DNA of 64,000 nucleotides from Yuukianura sp. NJ FZ-2021 (lineage: Eukaryota): contig CM102290.1 in assembly GCA_046563655.1 (NCBI GenBank), positions 15,004,001-15,068,000 on the forward strand. Reading direction: 5' to 3'. The position numbers were made by a program, and so were the translations under genes. How positions within the stretch are numbered: the first letter of the stretch is position 1; each line of letters begins with the position of its first letter. Of this stretch, positions 12,554 to 24,249 are shown piece by piece. The notes under the pieces were generated by a model that saw nothing but the letters and a program-made list of their open reading frames with translations, was not told the DNA's origin and searched no databases.

Positions 12554-13330
12554 TATTTCCCTTAGCAAGGGGTCATAAAATACTGTTGCTGTGGAATTTT
12601 GTCATTGGAAACCTCACTAATCGATTCAGAACCCTCGAAATATGTGAGATTCAAATTTTCAGCTATTTACTAATGTTGCCTGAGTTATTAATTAAAAACC
12701 GGAAAAGTCGACGTTCAAATTCCATTCCTGAGGTTTACCTCATAGTAGGTTGCTAATGGCAACCAACTTAATTCGTGTTTGTTGTCACCTCAGGAAAAAG
12801 GCAATTTGTTACTCAGAATTGTTGGGATTGTTACGGTAGAATGCCTAGTTGTCATAGTGAATTTTGAAAGTACTGGATCGAAAAGATTAAAATCAAAATT
12901 TTAAAATGTAATTTTCTAAAATATATACCCGAATTTGCTTATCTAATTATGTCAATCCTACAGGAAATGAGTTGCTGCGTCATATTTTTTTGGTCTCTAG
13001 TTGGGTCGAGCCGTATTTCCCTTAGCAACGGGCCGTAAAACCCTGTTGCGATGGAATTTTGTCATTGGAAACATCACCAATCGATTCAGAACCCTCGAAA
13101 TATGTCAGATCCAAATTTTCAGATTTTTTTTAATTAAATTGCCTGAGTTATTAATTAAAAACCGGAAAAGTCGACGTTCAAATTCCATTCCTGAGGTTTA
13201 CCTCATAATAGTAGGTTGCTAAGGGCAACCAACAAATTCGTGTTTGTTGTCACCTCAGGAATGAGGTTTACCTCATAATAGTAGGTTGCTAAGGGCAACC
13301 AACAAATTCGTGTTTGTTGTCACCTCAGGA
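12554..13330. repeat. Local direct duplication of about 245 bp plus a 70-bp tandem duplication
   Basis: 12554-12797 resembles 13014-13260 (tatttcccttag...gtcacctcagga). 13192-13260 is repeated at 13263-13330. Confidence 0.85.
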
Positions 13331-13619
13331 AAAATCAAAATCGGTTCAAATACATGCACCATGTGTTAAATCAAGTGCATAAATAATAGAGTCGAATATA
13401 GTTTGTTAAAATCAAAATTATAAAAATTTCTTGCAAAGGCAAATTGGAACCCTGGCATGCACTGTTTACATGTTACGAATTTAAGCCCGATTTTCTACCG
13501 TCTAGTCAGACTTAATTTAACAACGTAACTAAACATACTGCCAGGAAATGACCAGATCAAAACTCCGTTGTTTATAAATACTTTGAGTGCAATCGAAACC
13601 AAAACTGTTTTGCGGAGGC

Positions 13620-13850
13620 ACGATACTGCGGGTACGTAAAGTAGCCGCCCACTTCTACGTTGTTAATGTACGACTTTGAGTGCAATGCAGAGCTACTAAA
13701 AACACTCGAGGCATAGATAACCCCCCGACTGCGATGGGGCTTATGTTTCAGTGCAATGGGTCCTAAAAAACGTTACGGACGGACGGACAGACAAAGTCGT
13801 ATCAATAGTCTTCTTCAGCACGTCGTAGACGTGCGTCTCCAGAAGACTAA
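13620..13850 (+). mobile_element. Helentron/DINE-1-like non-autonomous rolling-circle element fragment
   Basis: GGACGGACGGACAGAC microsatellite (~13777-13792) followed by the hairpin gcacgtc-gta-gacgtgc (13818-13834), nested in tagtcttct/agaagacta (13806-13849). Left boundary is approximate. Confidence 0.4.
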
Positions 13851-14408
13851 AAGTAACTTTAGAAATTAACATCACAATTCACAAACTAATTAATTAATTC
13901 AAATTAGTAATTCAAACCACCACGGTGGGTTCAGTGCTCAGCAGACCAAAACTTGGATTGAATTTTCCAAAGAACTTTTAAAAAATTGTTTCCATTTAAA
14001 AAATTATGTTGCTAAACAAAGGCCGGGCAAAATAAAGTGTTTGAATTATGGAAATTAGAAAAACCACAACACCGTTATTTTTTGTGAGGAAAAACGTCAG
14101 GGCCGCATTATAGAAAAATACTGCAACGGTTTTAAGTCTTTGAGTTAACTTAGGAATGTGTTCAGTTTTTGCAATGCACCTTCAACTTACAACAAAGTAG
14201 ATTTTAACAATGGCAAAAGATGGAAAAGTAAAATTGGAATCTCAGGGTGGCAAAATTTTGTAGAAATCGTAGATAAAATAGTGTCTGGGATTTGAAGTGG
14301 CAGCGAATAAGTAAAAGTGACTGATGACTTGCGTAAATGATGAGATGTTAGTTCCAATTCCCGACAAATGATGCGAAGATACGTTTGGATTTGGTTGGTG
14401 GTCGATTC

Positions 14409-15423
14409 CTATACTGTAGGAAGTATGTCCGGGATTATGTACTTGCACAGTTCAGTTTCAGAAGATACAAACATAACTTTGGACGTTGTGTTCTCATCTA
14501 GCCTGTAACAGATTAAAGTGTTTTAGAAATGAACACTTTAGCAGATCCAATTTCAATTTGTGCTTACCATCCTTTGATTACAGTCCAACATCTAAAAAAC
14601 ACAATTTGAACTTAAACACATTTGAATTTGAAATTTTGAAAAACGGAATGTTACCCTTGAAAAATTGAAGGTGCGTTGTAGATTAAACAGACTCCGAGTC
14701 GTTCTGGATAGTGTCTAGTTAGGAGCCAGATGAGATTTTTGATCATCTGGTAGTCCATGGAACTCAGCCCAAAGTTGTTCAGATCGAAAATTATACACAG
14801 ATTGTCTGCCACTTCCTCAAAACACTTCTTACACGCTTGCTCCTGGAAAACAAAACAGCTGATTGTGTTAAATCCAAAAACTAGTATGCTTTGAATTTGA
14901 ATAAAGTTTAACTCACGAGGCAAAAGACAATGAAGCGAGTCAGTTCGTCAATATCACGCTCGTTGACATTGTGGAACTTAGCTGGAATGTAGATGACCGG
15001 ACGCCCTTCGAGGTCACGATGCTTGAGAACCATTGCACGTTTGGACTGGAGATGAGCTTGGATAACTTCGTCTTCCTCTGACAACTGGTTCACTCCGTAC
15101 TCCTTCCGCCACTTGTTCGTTTTCAACAGTTGCTGAAAAGATATAACAATTTAAGTAAACACTCAGCAGTTGATTGGTTACTTTCTGTTTACTTGGAATG
15201 CGAGGTCAACTGTCTTGAATGCTTTGAGGTATCTACACAAAGTAATCAATGATTATCAATCACAGGAATACTCCCGTTAGAATTAGTTGATCATTTCTGT
15301 TATTTACCTGCGAATAGCGTAGTCATTCTGGAACTGGTCAGCGTCTGCATCGAAGATGAGTTGCAGTCGATTCTTGAGTTCTTCGAAATCTCCTTCGGAG
15401 ACAAGTCTGGAACATTCGCCCAT
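14409..15423 (-). CDS. CRAL-TRIO (Sec14-like) lipid-binding domain protein
   Basis: ATG at 15423 (MGECSRLVSEGDFEELKNRLQLIFD..RRYLKAFKTVDLAFQQLLKTNKWRKEYGV..HRDLEGRPVIYI..IIFDLNNFG..LTRHYPERLGVCLIYNAPSIFQGCWTVIKGWLDENTTSKVMFV..LPTV*). Short introns, including a 24-nt exon at 14591-14568. Stop at 14411-14409. Confidence 0.9.
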
Positions 15424-17218
15424 TCTAGTAAACTAGACCACCCTCCAACAATTAGTCAAAAAGTTGAAACTTAAGTTGAAACTTGAAACTTGAACGGTTG
15501 AAAGTGAGTGGTGATGATGAATAGTTGCTGCTTACTGGTGTGGTGATACTAAAAAAGTGAAAGCTGAATAGGGAATTTTGTACAAGTTATTCATGAATCA
15601 CGAGGCGACTTACTTAATTCAGGCTTGCACAAGACAAAGTCAATTGAAAGGTTGAAGATGACGAACGTATCTGTACGTTGTACGGAGTAGACCAGCAACT
15701 CCGTTTCAGCAATCCAGCGTTAGACGTCGACGTTAGTAGCAGACGTTGTTCTAAAAATCGCTGCAAGTCTCATCATCCGTACTTGGCGTGCCAGTGCCAG
15801 TGTCTTCCGTGACAATTGTTGTCTGAACTCTAGAAAAAACAAAAACGTTTCATTACTGTCTTGCGACGATTAGTTAATGTACTTGAAATCCAACCAATTA
15901 CTGACCTCTGACCTCTACATCAAATGTCAAACGTCACCTTATGTATTGACCTGTCTTTGACTTCAGCTAAAACCCGAAAATTGTACAACTTTTAATCAAA
16001 TGTGGAGCCTTCCAGAAAAAAGTCTCAACACAGAAACGGAAACCCAGCCATATGCTGCCACAAAGTCCGCTTACAATTTTTTGCTTATTTCAAAAAACAG
16101 GTTATGCGTTGCGTTGTTTAGCTAAAACTGTCAATTCACTTGCGTCATCATACCTGTCACTCCATGTCACGCTACGCATGTATCTACGACAAAACAAAAC
16201 AAATCATCACACAGTGAATGTCCACTCTCCCAAGTAGCAAGGACATGAACATAGACGACTCCAATTCATCAAAATTATTACTTAAACTATTTATCAATCA
16301 CAGAATTAGTCACGCAGTAGGATTTACGAAACCAATTACTCAAGGCACGAAGTGGGACACGCCCTTGACCTCAAAAAAGAAAAGAAATTATGAAATTGGA
16401 ATTTTATTTTAAAAATAGGGGCAGCTTTTTCTATATTATTTTAATAATTATTATAATCATTTTAAGTTGTATTTATCTAATATAATATATATTTTGAGGG
16501 TGTTTTTTGTACCTTCATAAAAGAATGACAATATTTTTCATATACTACTAAGGAATTAGATTTAGGTAAGAAGAACATTTAAGTTTGAAAAAGATATTTC
16601 TTTGTTTTTCGGAAAACTTACGACTCCTCCTCAACAAATTAGTGGATCTTCTAGCAAACCAATGTTAGGCTAACAACCTATTAGGTTATCAACGCTTACC
16701 TAAGATTAGGTTAACTCCGATTAATTAATCTATTTCGGCCGTTTACACGAAAGTATTACTTAAAACTCTAGTTAGTAAATATGATTTACCCTCTTATGTT
16801 AGCCCATTCGTGCTACTCGGGCCAAGGGTATGCAAAACCTACGATTACTAATCGGTATAATTCTACAAATGACAGGGTTTAAATCACTGGAACATTGGGA
16901 TTGTTTGTCTTCTTTTTTTCTGACTAGGTCAACTCAAAATGTCTAGTGCAGTGAAAGATGGGTTAACCCATCAACTAGGTTATTAACCCACTTTCTTACC
17001 GTAAGAAGTTTAAAGTGTGACATGTCAAATTGACCCGTTGTGGGTCAACTTTAAATCACAAAGAATAAGGAATTGTATTTGACGATTGGATGACCACTCA
17101 CACTCAAGTGGTCTAGTGAATAATATTTAGAGAAAAGGAATCAGTCGATTTGTTCCAGTAGCCGTTCCATTTTTTTGGTTGGTGTGATGCGTTGTAGTTG
17201 TATTTTTTGTTGTTGTTG

Positions 17219-18818
17219 TTAAGCGATTTGTGCGGAATCCTCCCCCGGAGGTACACTTGAATTGTCATCTTCTTCCGAAGACTCTTCATCCTCATGGTTG
17301 AGATGGACGCCGGCTTCCGGAGCAGCGTTGGAGTTTCCAGCGACAGCTGACGAAGGCCGCATGCTCCGAGAAACACGATCACAAAGTTCCTCGTATGTCT
17401 TTCCATCCAGAAAACAAACCAGAATCACCTGACGAATCAAAAAAAGATATTGAAATTGGAATGAAAAAGGGCGGGAAGTTTGAAAGTTGTACCGTCATGT
17501 TGTCACAGCCCAATCCACCCATTTGACAATCCGGAGCAAGACAGCTCATCATCAACTCTTCACAAATTGTCTCCGGTTCCATTCTGTCGGCTATCCGTCG
17601 ACGTACGAACTCCACAGCTTCCTAAAACGAAATCAACACGAACAAGTTAGGTTAAGGAAGAATTTGAAATGTTATGTTGAACGTACTTCGTTGGTGACGA
17701 CGTCCCAGATTCCATCACAGGCCAAAATGATAAACTCCCAGTCTTCGTTAATTTCACGAATTTCAATATCCGGAAGAGCAATGACCATTTGTTGATCGGC
17801 ACCCATGGAGGCATTTCGTTTGAACACAAAATCACCCAAAGCACGAGACAGGGCCAAGTTCCCATTCACTCGGTTGTACTCTACCCAACCACCTAAAAGT
17901 ACAAAGGAAACGATCAAAATGCTGCCAACATCACAAGAAATGCTGCCAACATCGTAACTCGTACAATATCCGTACCTGCTCGACTGATACGGGAAGACTC
18001 TTCTGGATTATTTGGTTTGTGATCTAATGAAAGCGGTTCAGCCCGACCACCGATTGAGCACACAGCTCTGGAATCACCTACGTTAGCCTGCAAACATACA
18101 TTTGAGATAACATTAAAGTGACACGCTATGAAAAGCTGTAGCGGATTGACATTGGACTTACACAGTACAGAGTTTTGTCTTTGATGAGAACTGTAATGGC
18201 AGTGGTGCCTGCCAATTCCTCTCGCATATTCTCATCTTGTTGCATGGCATCATCGAATTGAAGAAAACCCTGGAAACACAGTTCGATTAATAATCGTTTT
18301 CTGATCGTAGGGTAAACGTTGTGAGGATGATGTAAATCGTTTACCTGTTTCACCGCCTCAGCGATGTTTCCTCCTTGGTACTCGGGACGCTGGACAATGT
18401 ATTTGTGCAAGTGATTCCCAGCGTGAATAGCAACTCTGCTTCCTAATCACCAAAAAAATGACGTAACTTGATTGGACAGAGTTCGTTTTAAGTGTTGTCG
18501 GTTGACGATTACCTCCGTGTCCGTCGTACACTGCGAAAAATGCAGAAGTCTGGTCATCTGGAATGGCGAGAATGTGAGTATGAGCATCCTCCATTGTCAC
18601 TCGCCAGCCCTGCATGCAACTGGAACCGACCTGGAATCATTCCAACCAACAGTAATGCATATGTTACCAAGCATTGGTCGTCGTAACCCAATAAATGTGT
18701 AATCGATTACTCTCATGATTGAAGTCAATTAGTTTGTGTGTGGACTTACTTTGTACATGTGATTTTGTAGGACGGAGGACTCCTTGGCCGTGACAGGTTC
18801 TGATAACGTTTGTCCCAT
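17219..18818 (-). CDS. PP2C/PPM Ser/Thr phosphatase (T23F11.1/Ptc2-like group with [10 protein letters not shown]-terminus)
   Basis: Spliced motifs [74 protein letters not shown] and GLGCDNMT, with an acidic tail. Gly2 fits an N-myristoylation consensus. Confidence 0.95.
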
Positions 18819-19050
18819 TCTGGCTCTGAAAGTGAAGAGTGACTTTGGTAGGTACTTGGAAAGTTTCTTACCGATTACGACTGCTACAGTTGACGACGAC
18901 GTTAACTTAAGAATGGAACGTTGACTTCACAGTGTGATTAACACTGTCCTTAGTTAATTGGGCTTTAGAATTAAAGTAGAGGGCAAAGTGAACAAAATAA
19001 GAGAAGGAAAAAATCTAAATGAGAAATTATGGTTCGATGGGACAGTCAAA

Positions 19051-19283
19051 CTCGGCTGCACGCGACAGCGGAAAGGCTCTATGTACCCAAAAAAATAATA
19101 ATTATTTCAGCATAACTACTGGCAACTCTGTTACCTACGCAACGTCAAATTAAGTTTCTAAGTTAGTTTAAATAAACTATTACGTATTTGAAATGGTTTT
19201 AAATAAATTAATTAAATAAATACTAAACATAATGGAAATTCTACTTTTCAAAATATATTTTTGGGTACATCGTGCAACCGAGC
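19051..19283. mobile_element. Small MITE-like element upstream of PP2C
   Basis: ctcggctgcacg...atgtacccaaaaa at the left versus tttttgggtacat-cgtgcaaccgag at the right (imperfect inverted termini); AT-rich interior. Confidence 0.45.
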
Positions 19284-21246
19284 CTCACTGCACTTTAAAT
19301 CAGGGTGATACCGGTCCGCTCCCTCTGGGGTGCGCCAAAATCGCCCAGAATATGCCGAACCAACACTTGAAATTACATAACAATCAAATCAATTAAACTA
19401 TAATACATAATAAACTAAATATATTAAACTATAAACTTATATAATTGCAACTGTTTCTGTAAAGACGTCTGCTCAATTCAAATTTTCCTACACACCGCTT
19501 GCCCAGTTTAAATTTAGGCGAAAAAATATTCCGATTAAGAAACGTTAATTTTTCAAATACTAAACATTGTTACTTATGGACAGATAGAAATAAATTAATC
19601 TTATATAAAAATACATAAGGTGTTAAAATTAACTGTAAATTGGAATTGATAAATATCAGTAAATTAATTAAAGTAATTAATTAGTAATTTAAAATAAATC
19701 ATAATAATAAGCCCATGCTAGCTCACAACCATTCTCCTACTAAAGCAAAACGTATGAAAATGAAAACTAAACGTAACAAACACTACAATTTTTGTACTAA
19801 ACAAGCAATAAATTTCTAAGGTGGCGGTACGGCCAGTTTTAAACCGGTTTGACGTTACGCGCACCCCGATTTTACGCCTCTGCTGCATGAGAAGGCAGAC
19901 AACAAAGAAAACCGAGTGATTTCAAAACATCCCACTGCAGAAAGCATAGGAAAAATAGAACCAAACCGCTCACCGCTACCCTGCGCTGCCAGAGAGCGCT
20001 TCAGCTTGCCTCTTTTGAGTATCAAAGGTCAGCGTCACTTTGAGTGTCATCATGACCTTTGACCTCTACTCATCAAAAATGGAATTTAAATACTCCAATG
20101 CTTTTTTTAAACTTTGTTTAAAATTGAAACTTACTTGCGTCGCTGTCGAATGCGTAGAGTTGGACTGCCAATTTTGATCCACTTGTTTGGCCCCCGAGCG
20201 AACACTGCTCGGTCCTCCATCATTTGGTGGCGTTCGTGGTTCAACGCCGACTCTTTCTCACTCTCCATACTGCTGTCAACTGCCGGAAGAAGTTGAGTAC
20301 TGCCTGACAGAACTGGATCAGATCTTGACCGACCTTGAACAGGTCCTGACCGATTCGGAGCAAGTCCCGACCGACGTTGAAGAAGTCACGGAAGCCTTGG
20401 AAGAAGCCTCGAATGCCGCTAAACAACTCAATCTTTTCTTGATTTGCTCAAAGTGCTGACGATTTTTCACAAATTCAAACGACGACGTCCAACGAGCGAC
20501 AGGAATCCAAAAGCACGAAGAGCTGCAAAATTCCGCCGACTTCAAAAATTTCCAAACTGGCAAACGCAGCCAGTTTTGGATAACAAACAATCCACAAATA
20601 GGTGATTCAACGTCATGGCAACGTCAAATCCAATTACAACAAATAATTTCAAAATTTTCAAAAAATAAATTATTTTCACAATTGTTAATGTTGCAGAAAA
20701 CGGCTTCCAGGAAAAAGTAGTTTTTTAGTCACCCGTCCTCCAATAAGGGATCGTCCATGGACGGATTTTTGCGGACCGTCCATTCCGTCCATGTAAATAT
20801 GTTTGAACCTACCCAACTAACTTGAATTTTGAAAGTTTTCATTAATCGTAGAAAACTTTCCGTCCACGGTTGTCCCGTCCAAGGTTGTCCCGTCCACCAC
20901 CCGTCCTGTTCAATAGTGCCCTTCGAACCATGAAAAAAGTCTTAGCATTTTCGTAAGTTTGTTCCCTGTTGTGGACGTTGGGCGGAAGGAGTCCGTTTGA
21001 AGTCTTTTCTTATTTTGCATCTCCAAACGCATCTCCCTCGCCAGTCCCTCTCCCAAATCCCTTCAAATTTCTAAACTTTGAAACACTTTTTAAAAAAAAA
21101 CTTTGGAATCGGAGTTGAGTCAAAGGTTGGAGTGGAACAGCTTGGCCCAGCACAACGTCAGCTTGCCACCGCTCTAATCCCTCCTCAACCGTCCACGGTT
21201 CGAATCCCCGTCGGACTAAGGGCTCCAAGGGCCCTTTGTCCTCAAT

Positions 21247-21651
21247 TCAGTTCAAAAGTGAACGTGACACACAAGGGGGCCTTCCGTCTCACCAAACAGC
21301 CACGGCCATTCAATCTCAAATTCACAACCTTCTCTTCTGCATGGCAAGAGGAACCTTTTGTGAAAGTGAATCAGTACAAATTCTTTTTTCAATTTTCAAA
21401 TTACTTTTCGAAAAAAGATTTTGGAAAAAAGTTTCTCCAACGGGACAGAACATTTTGAAAAGTCTACAGTAAGACCTTTTCTACAAGAAAAGTGAAAACG
21501 TTTTTTTAAAAAAACGCAGACTCAGTCAAGCCGACACAAAGAAGATTCTGCCAAAAGTTCAAATCAGAAATTCAAAAAGTCTCTCAAATTTTTTTCAAAA
21601 AACTTTTGCTTTTCAAGAACTTTTTTTGGAACAATCTGTTGCCAATAGAAG
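21247..21651 (+). promoter_or_regulatory. Putative initiator and non-coding first exon of neurotactin
   Basis: TCAGTT at 21247-21252; strong donor AAG|GTAAGT at 21651/21652; acceptor ctttaag| just before the ATG at 24250. Confidence 0.5.
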
Positions 21652-24249
21652 GTAAGTAGAACTTTTAGCTGTGTTTTTTAGAATTTGATTAGGTGACATA
21701 ATCATTGCGTGCAAAGTTCACGTTTTCACGATTGTTTTTAAAATGAAAATGTAAGATTTTGTTTAAATTTAGACATTCTTTTTTGAAAATGTTGCTTTTA
21801 AAAATGAAGCGATACAAGGGGGAGTTCATAATTCAAAATTTTGACACCCTGTTTGTTTTTTGGTGCGTTTGTGTTTGTTGTTCTAAATAAAACTTCTGGG
21901 TGTTGGATAAACATTGGATTTGGGGGAAAGCGGGAAGTTTTAAAACTAAACAAAGTGGACGATGACAGAGCGAGTGCAGGCGGAGGTCAGAGGTCAAGGA
22001 TTTCCTCTTTTAATGAATGAACTGGTTAATTTTGAAAAAGTTCTGGAAAATCTCTCAGGAAGTCTCAAAAGTTTAGCTGCTGTGGGAATTCCTGTCATCA
22101 TCGTCATGGTGCATGTCTGGACTTGACATTAACCCTCTGGGAAACTGATTCAAATCAGGATTCACTTTTACTTTTTCTAAAAAGTTGTACTTTCAACTTT
22201 TAAACAACTATTTCAAAAATCCGAAACAAAATGACACGAAAATTCCCGGATTTTCCCGGTTTCGGAGAGCAAGAAAAGATAAAGTTTACATCGATTTCGG
22301 CATTTTTTTTATTTTCTGCTTTTGCTTTACTGAAATTTTGAATTGTGTATGAAACTTTTGAGTTTTTGGTGTTTATTATATCCAGTGGTGACTTTTTTTT
22401 GAAATTGAGTTTTCAAAATTGGAAATTGAGTTTTAAAATTTTGAAATGCGTATCTTAATGTGCTTTGATGAGGTGTACAGTGTATGTAATTATGGTTTTG
22501 CGTTAAGGGTGATTTATAGCCGGAGATTTTGTCGCCCGATTTCTGGTTTCAAAACTTCATTTCCGCGATTGCACTTCACTTCCCCTGTCCACACCGCCCC
22601 CTTATTTCCCACACTAAACCTATTTCAAAGGGGGGGGGGACTTTAACAAAAAGGGTCCCTGGTCCCTTAAAGGGACTCCCTTTGATATCCTGTGTGGAAA
22701 CCACCGGATAGGGCATCTCGCATGACAACCAAAGCGAAGGGCCCCCAATTTTATGGAAATTTTATCCATTCTACTAAAAAAATCGGAGTGGAAATTGTGC
22801 TGTGCACAGATTACGTCATGCGCGTCATGGGGGGTGGGGGGATCACAAGAAAAAAAAAGTTGCAACGCATGGGATATTTTTTTATCAAAAAGAGTTCAAA
22901 AAAGCTTCTTTTGTGTAGTGTCAAATTCTGGATTAAATTTTGGAATTAGATTTTCAACGTTCCTAAATTTCAAAAAGGAACTTCCTTAAACACTTTTTCT
23001 TTTAAAAACTTTTAGAAAATCTTTTGATGAATCATGAGAGTCAACTTGAAATCAAACACTAATGGTTGAAACGTGTTAAATTTTTATTAGTTGTGTAACC
23101 AAAAGAGAGAGAAAAAAAGTCAAGTCATTTCAAAATTTGAAAAGATCTCTCCAATTGACTAATGTCAAAGTTTATCTCAAAACGGAGGGTTGTTCAATTG
23201 AAACTGACTTTTAAGCTGTGACTAATTTCAACTCAAGTGCCCCTCCCTTCAAGTTGACCTCGGGTGACCTCTGACCTGCTGACTTGTACTCAAATTGGTT
23301 CCAGTGGAAGCGTGTAGTAATGGATTTGGTCCAGCACATTAGTAGAGGAGTTTCGGTGTTAAAAATGGATGAGAATCAGTCCAGAATTGGTGGGAAAATT
23401 GAATTGTGTGAGTTTTTGAATTGTTGGGAGCGCGGGAAAAAGAGAGAGAATGGAGGGGATTATGGCACTTTTGTTCATCAATCTCCGTTAACGTGTCCCT
23501 CCGGGATTTCAAAAACTCCCGCCATCTCCAAATCAACCAATAAGCCACAATCCCCAATTTCAAAAAACCGCGGCGGCTCATGCCCAACCAGATCACGGCC
23601 CACCGTTCATTTTCATTTGATCAGATTTCGATTGCTACTTAAAAGTTCATTTCATTCATAATGCACAACTTTGAATCACATGACACTTGTGGACGGACAT
23701 TTGCGGACGGCCAGACATAAAATAACAAAGACAGTTGAGAAAAGTTTGTTGTATCTGAGTATATGGACGGATCCGTCCGGACTTGCCCGTCCATGGACGT
23801 CCAGAAATGGACGTAAGGGTCCCTGTGCCAATTGCATGAGTGGAAGTACCTCTCACTTCCTTTGTTTCCCTGGAAGGACCAAAATCCATTGACATCATCT
23901 TCTCCAATTTTCCAGCACTTCACTGTTTTGTTCTTTGGGAGAAGGGTGGTTGGGAAGAGCTTCATTTGAACACTGTTTGAACAATTGAACGATTTAGGAT
24001 TTTCAAAATTTTGAAAAGAACCGCGCTGGTTTTGGTTATTAGGGTTCACTCTCGCTCTGGACTTTAACTTGGGTAACAAAACTCAAATTGTGCGCTCAAC
24101 ATCTACAAATATTTTTAGCCTAAAGTGGTCTGCCAATCTTCCAGCAATCTTTTTATGGTTAACATTTTGAGTGTGGATTAAAACCCAGGAAATTTTCAAA
24201 TCAATTACATTTAGTAAAATTGTGTTTCTTTTTGTGCTTTAAGGTCAAC

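Noticed and set aside
21190..21220. Perfect B-box GGTTCGAATCCC suggesting a tRNA gene
   Set aside because: No A-box, D-arm or acceptor stem upstream; cannot be folded as a tRNA.
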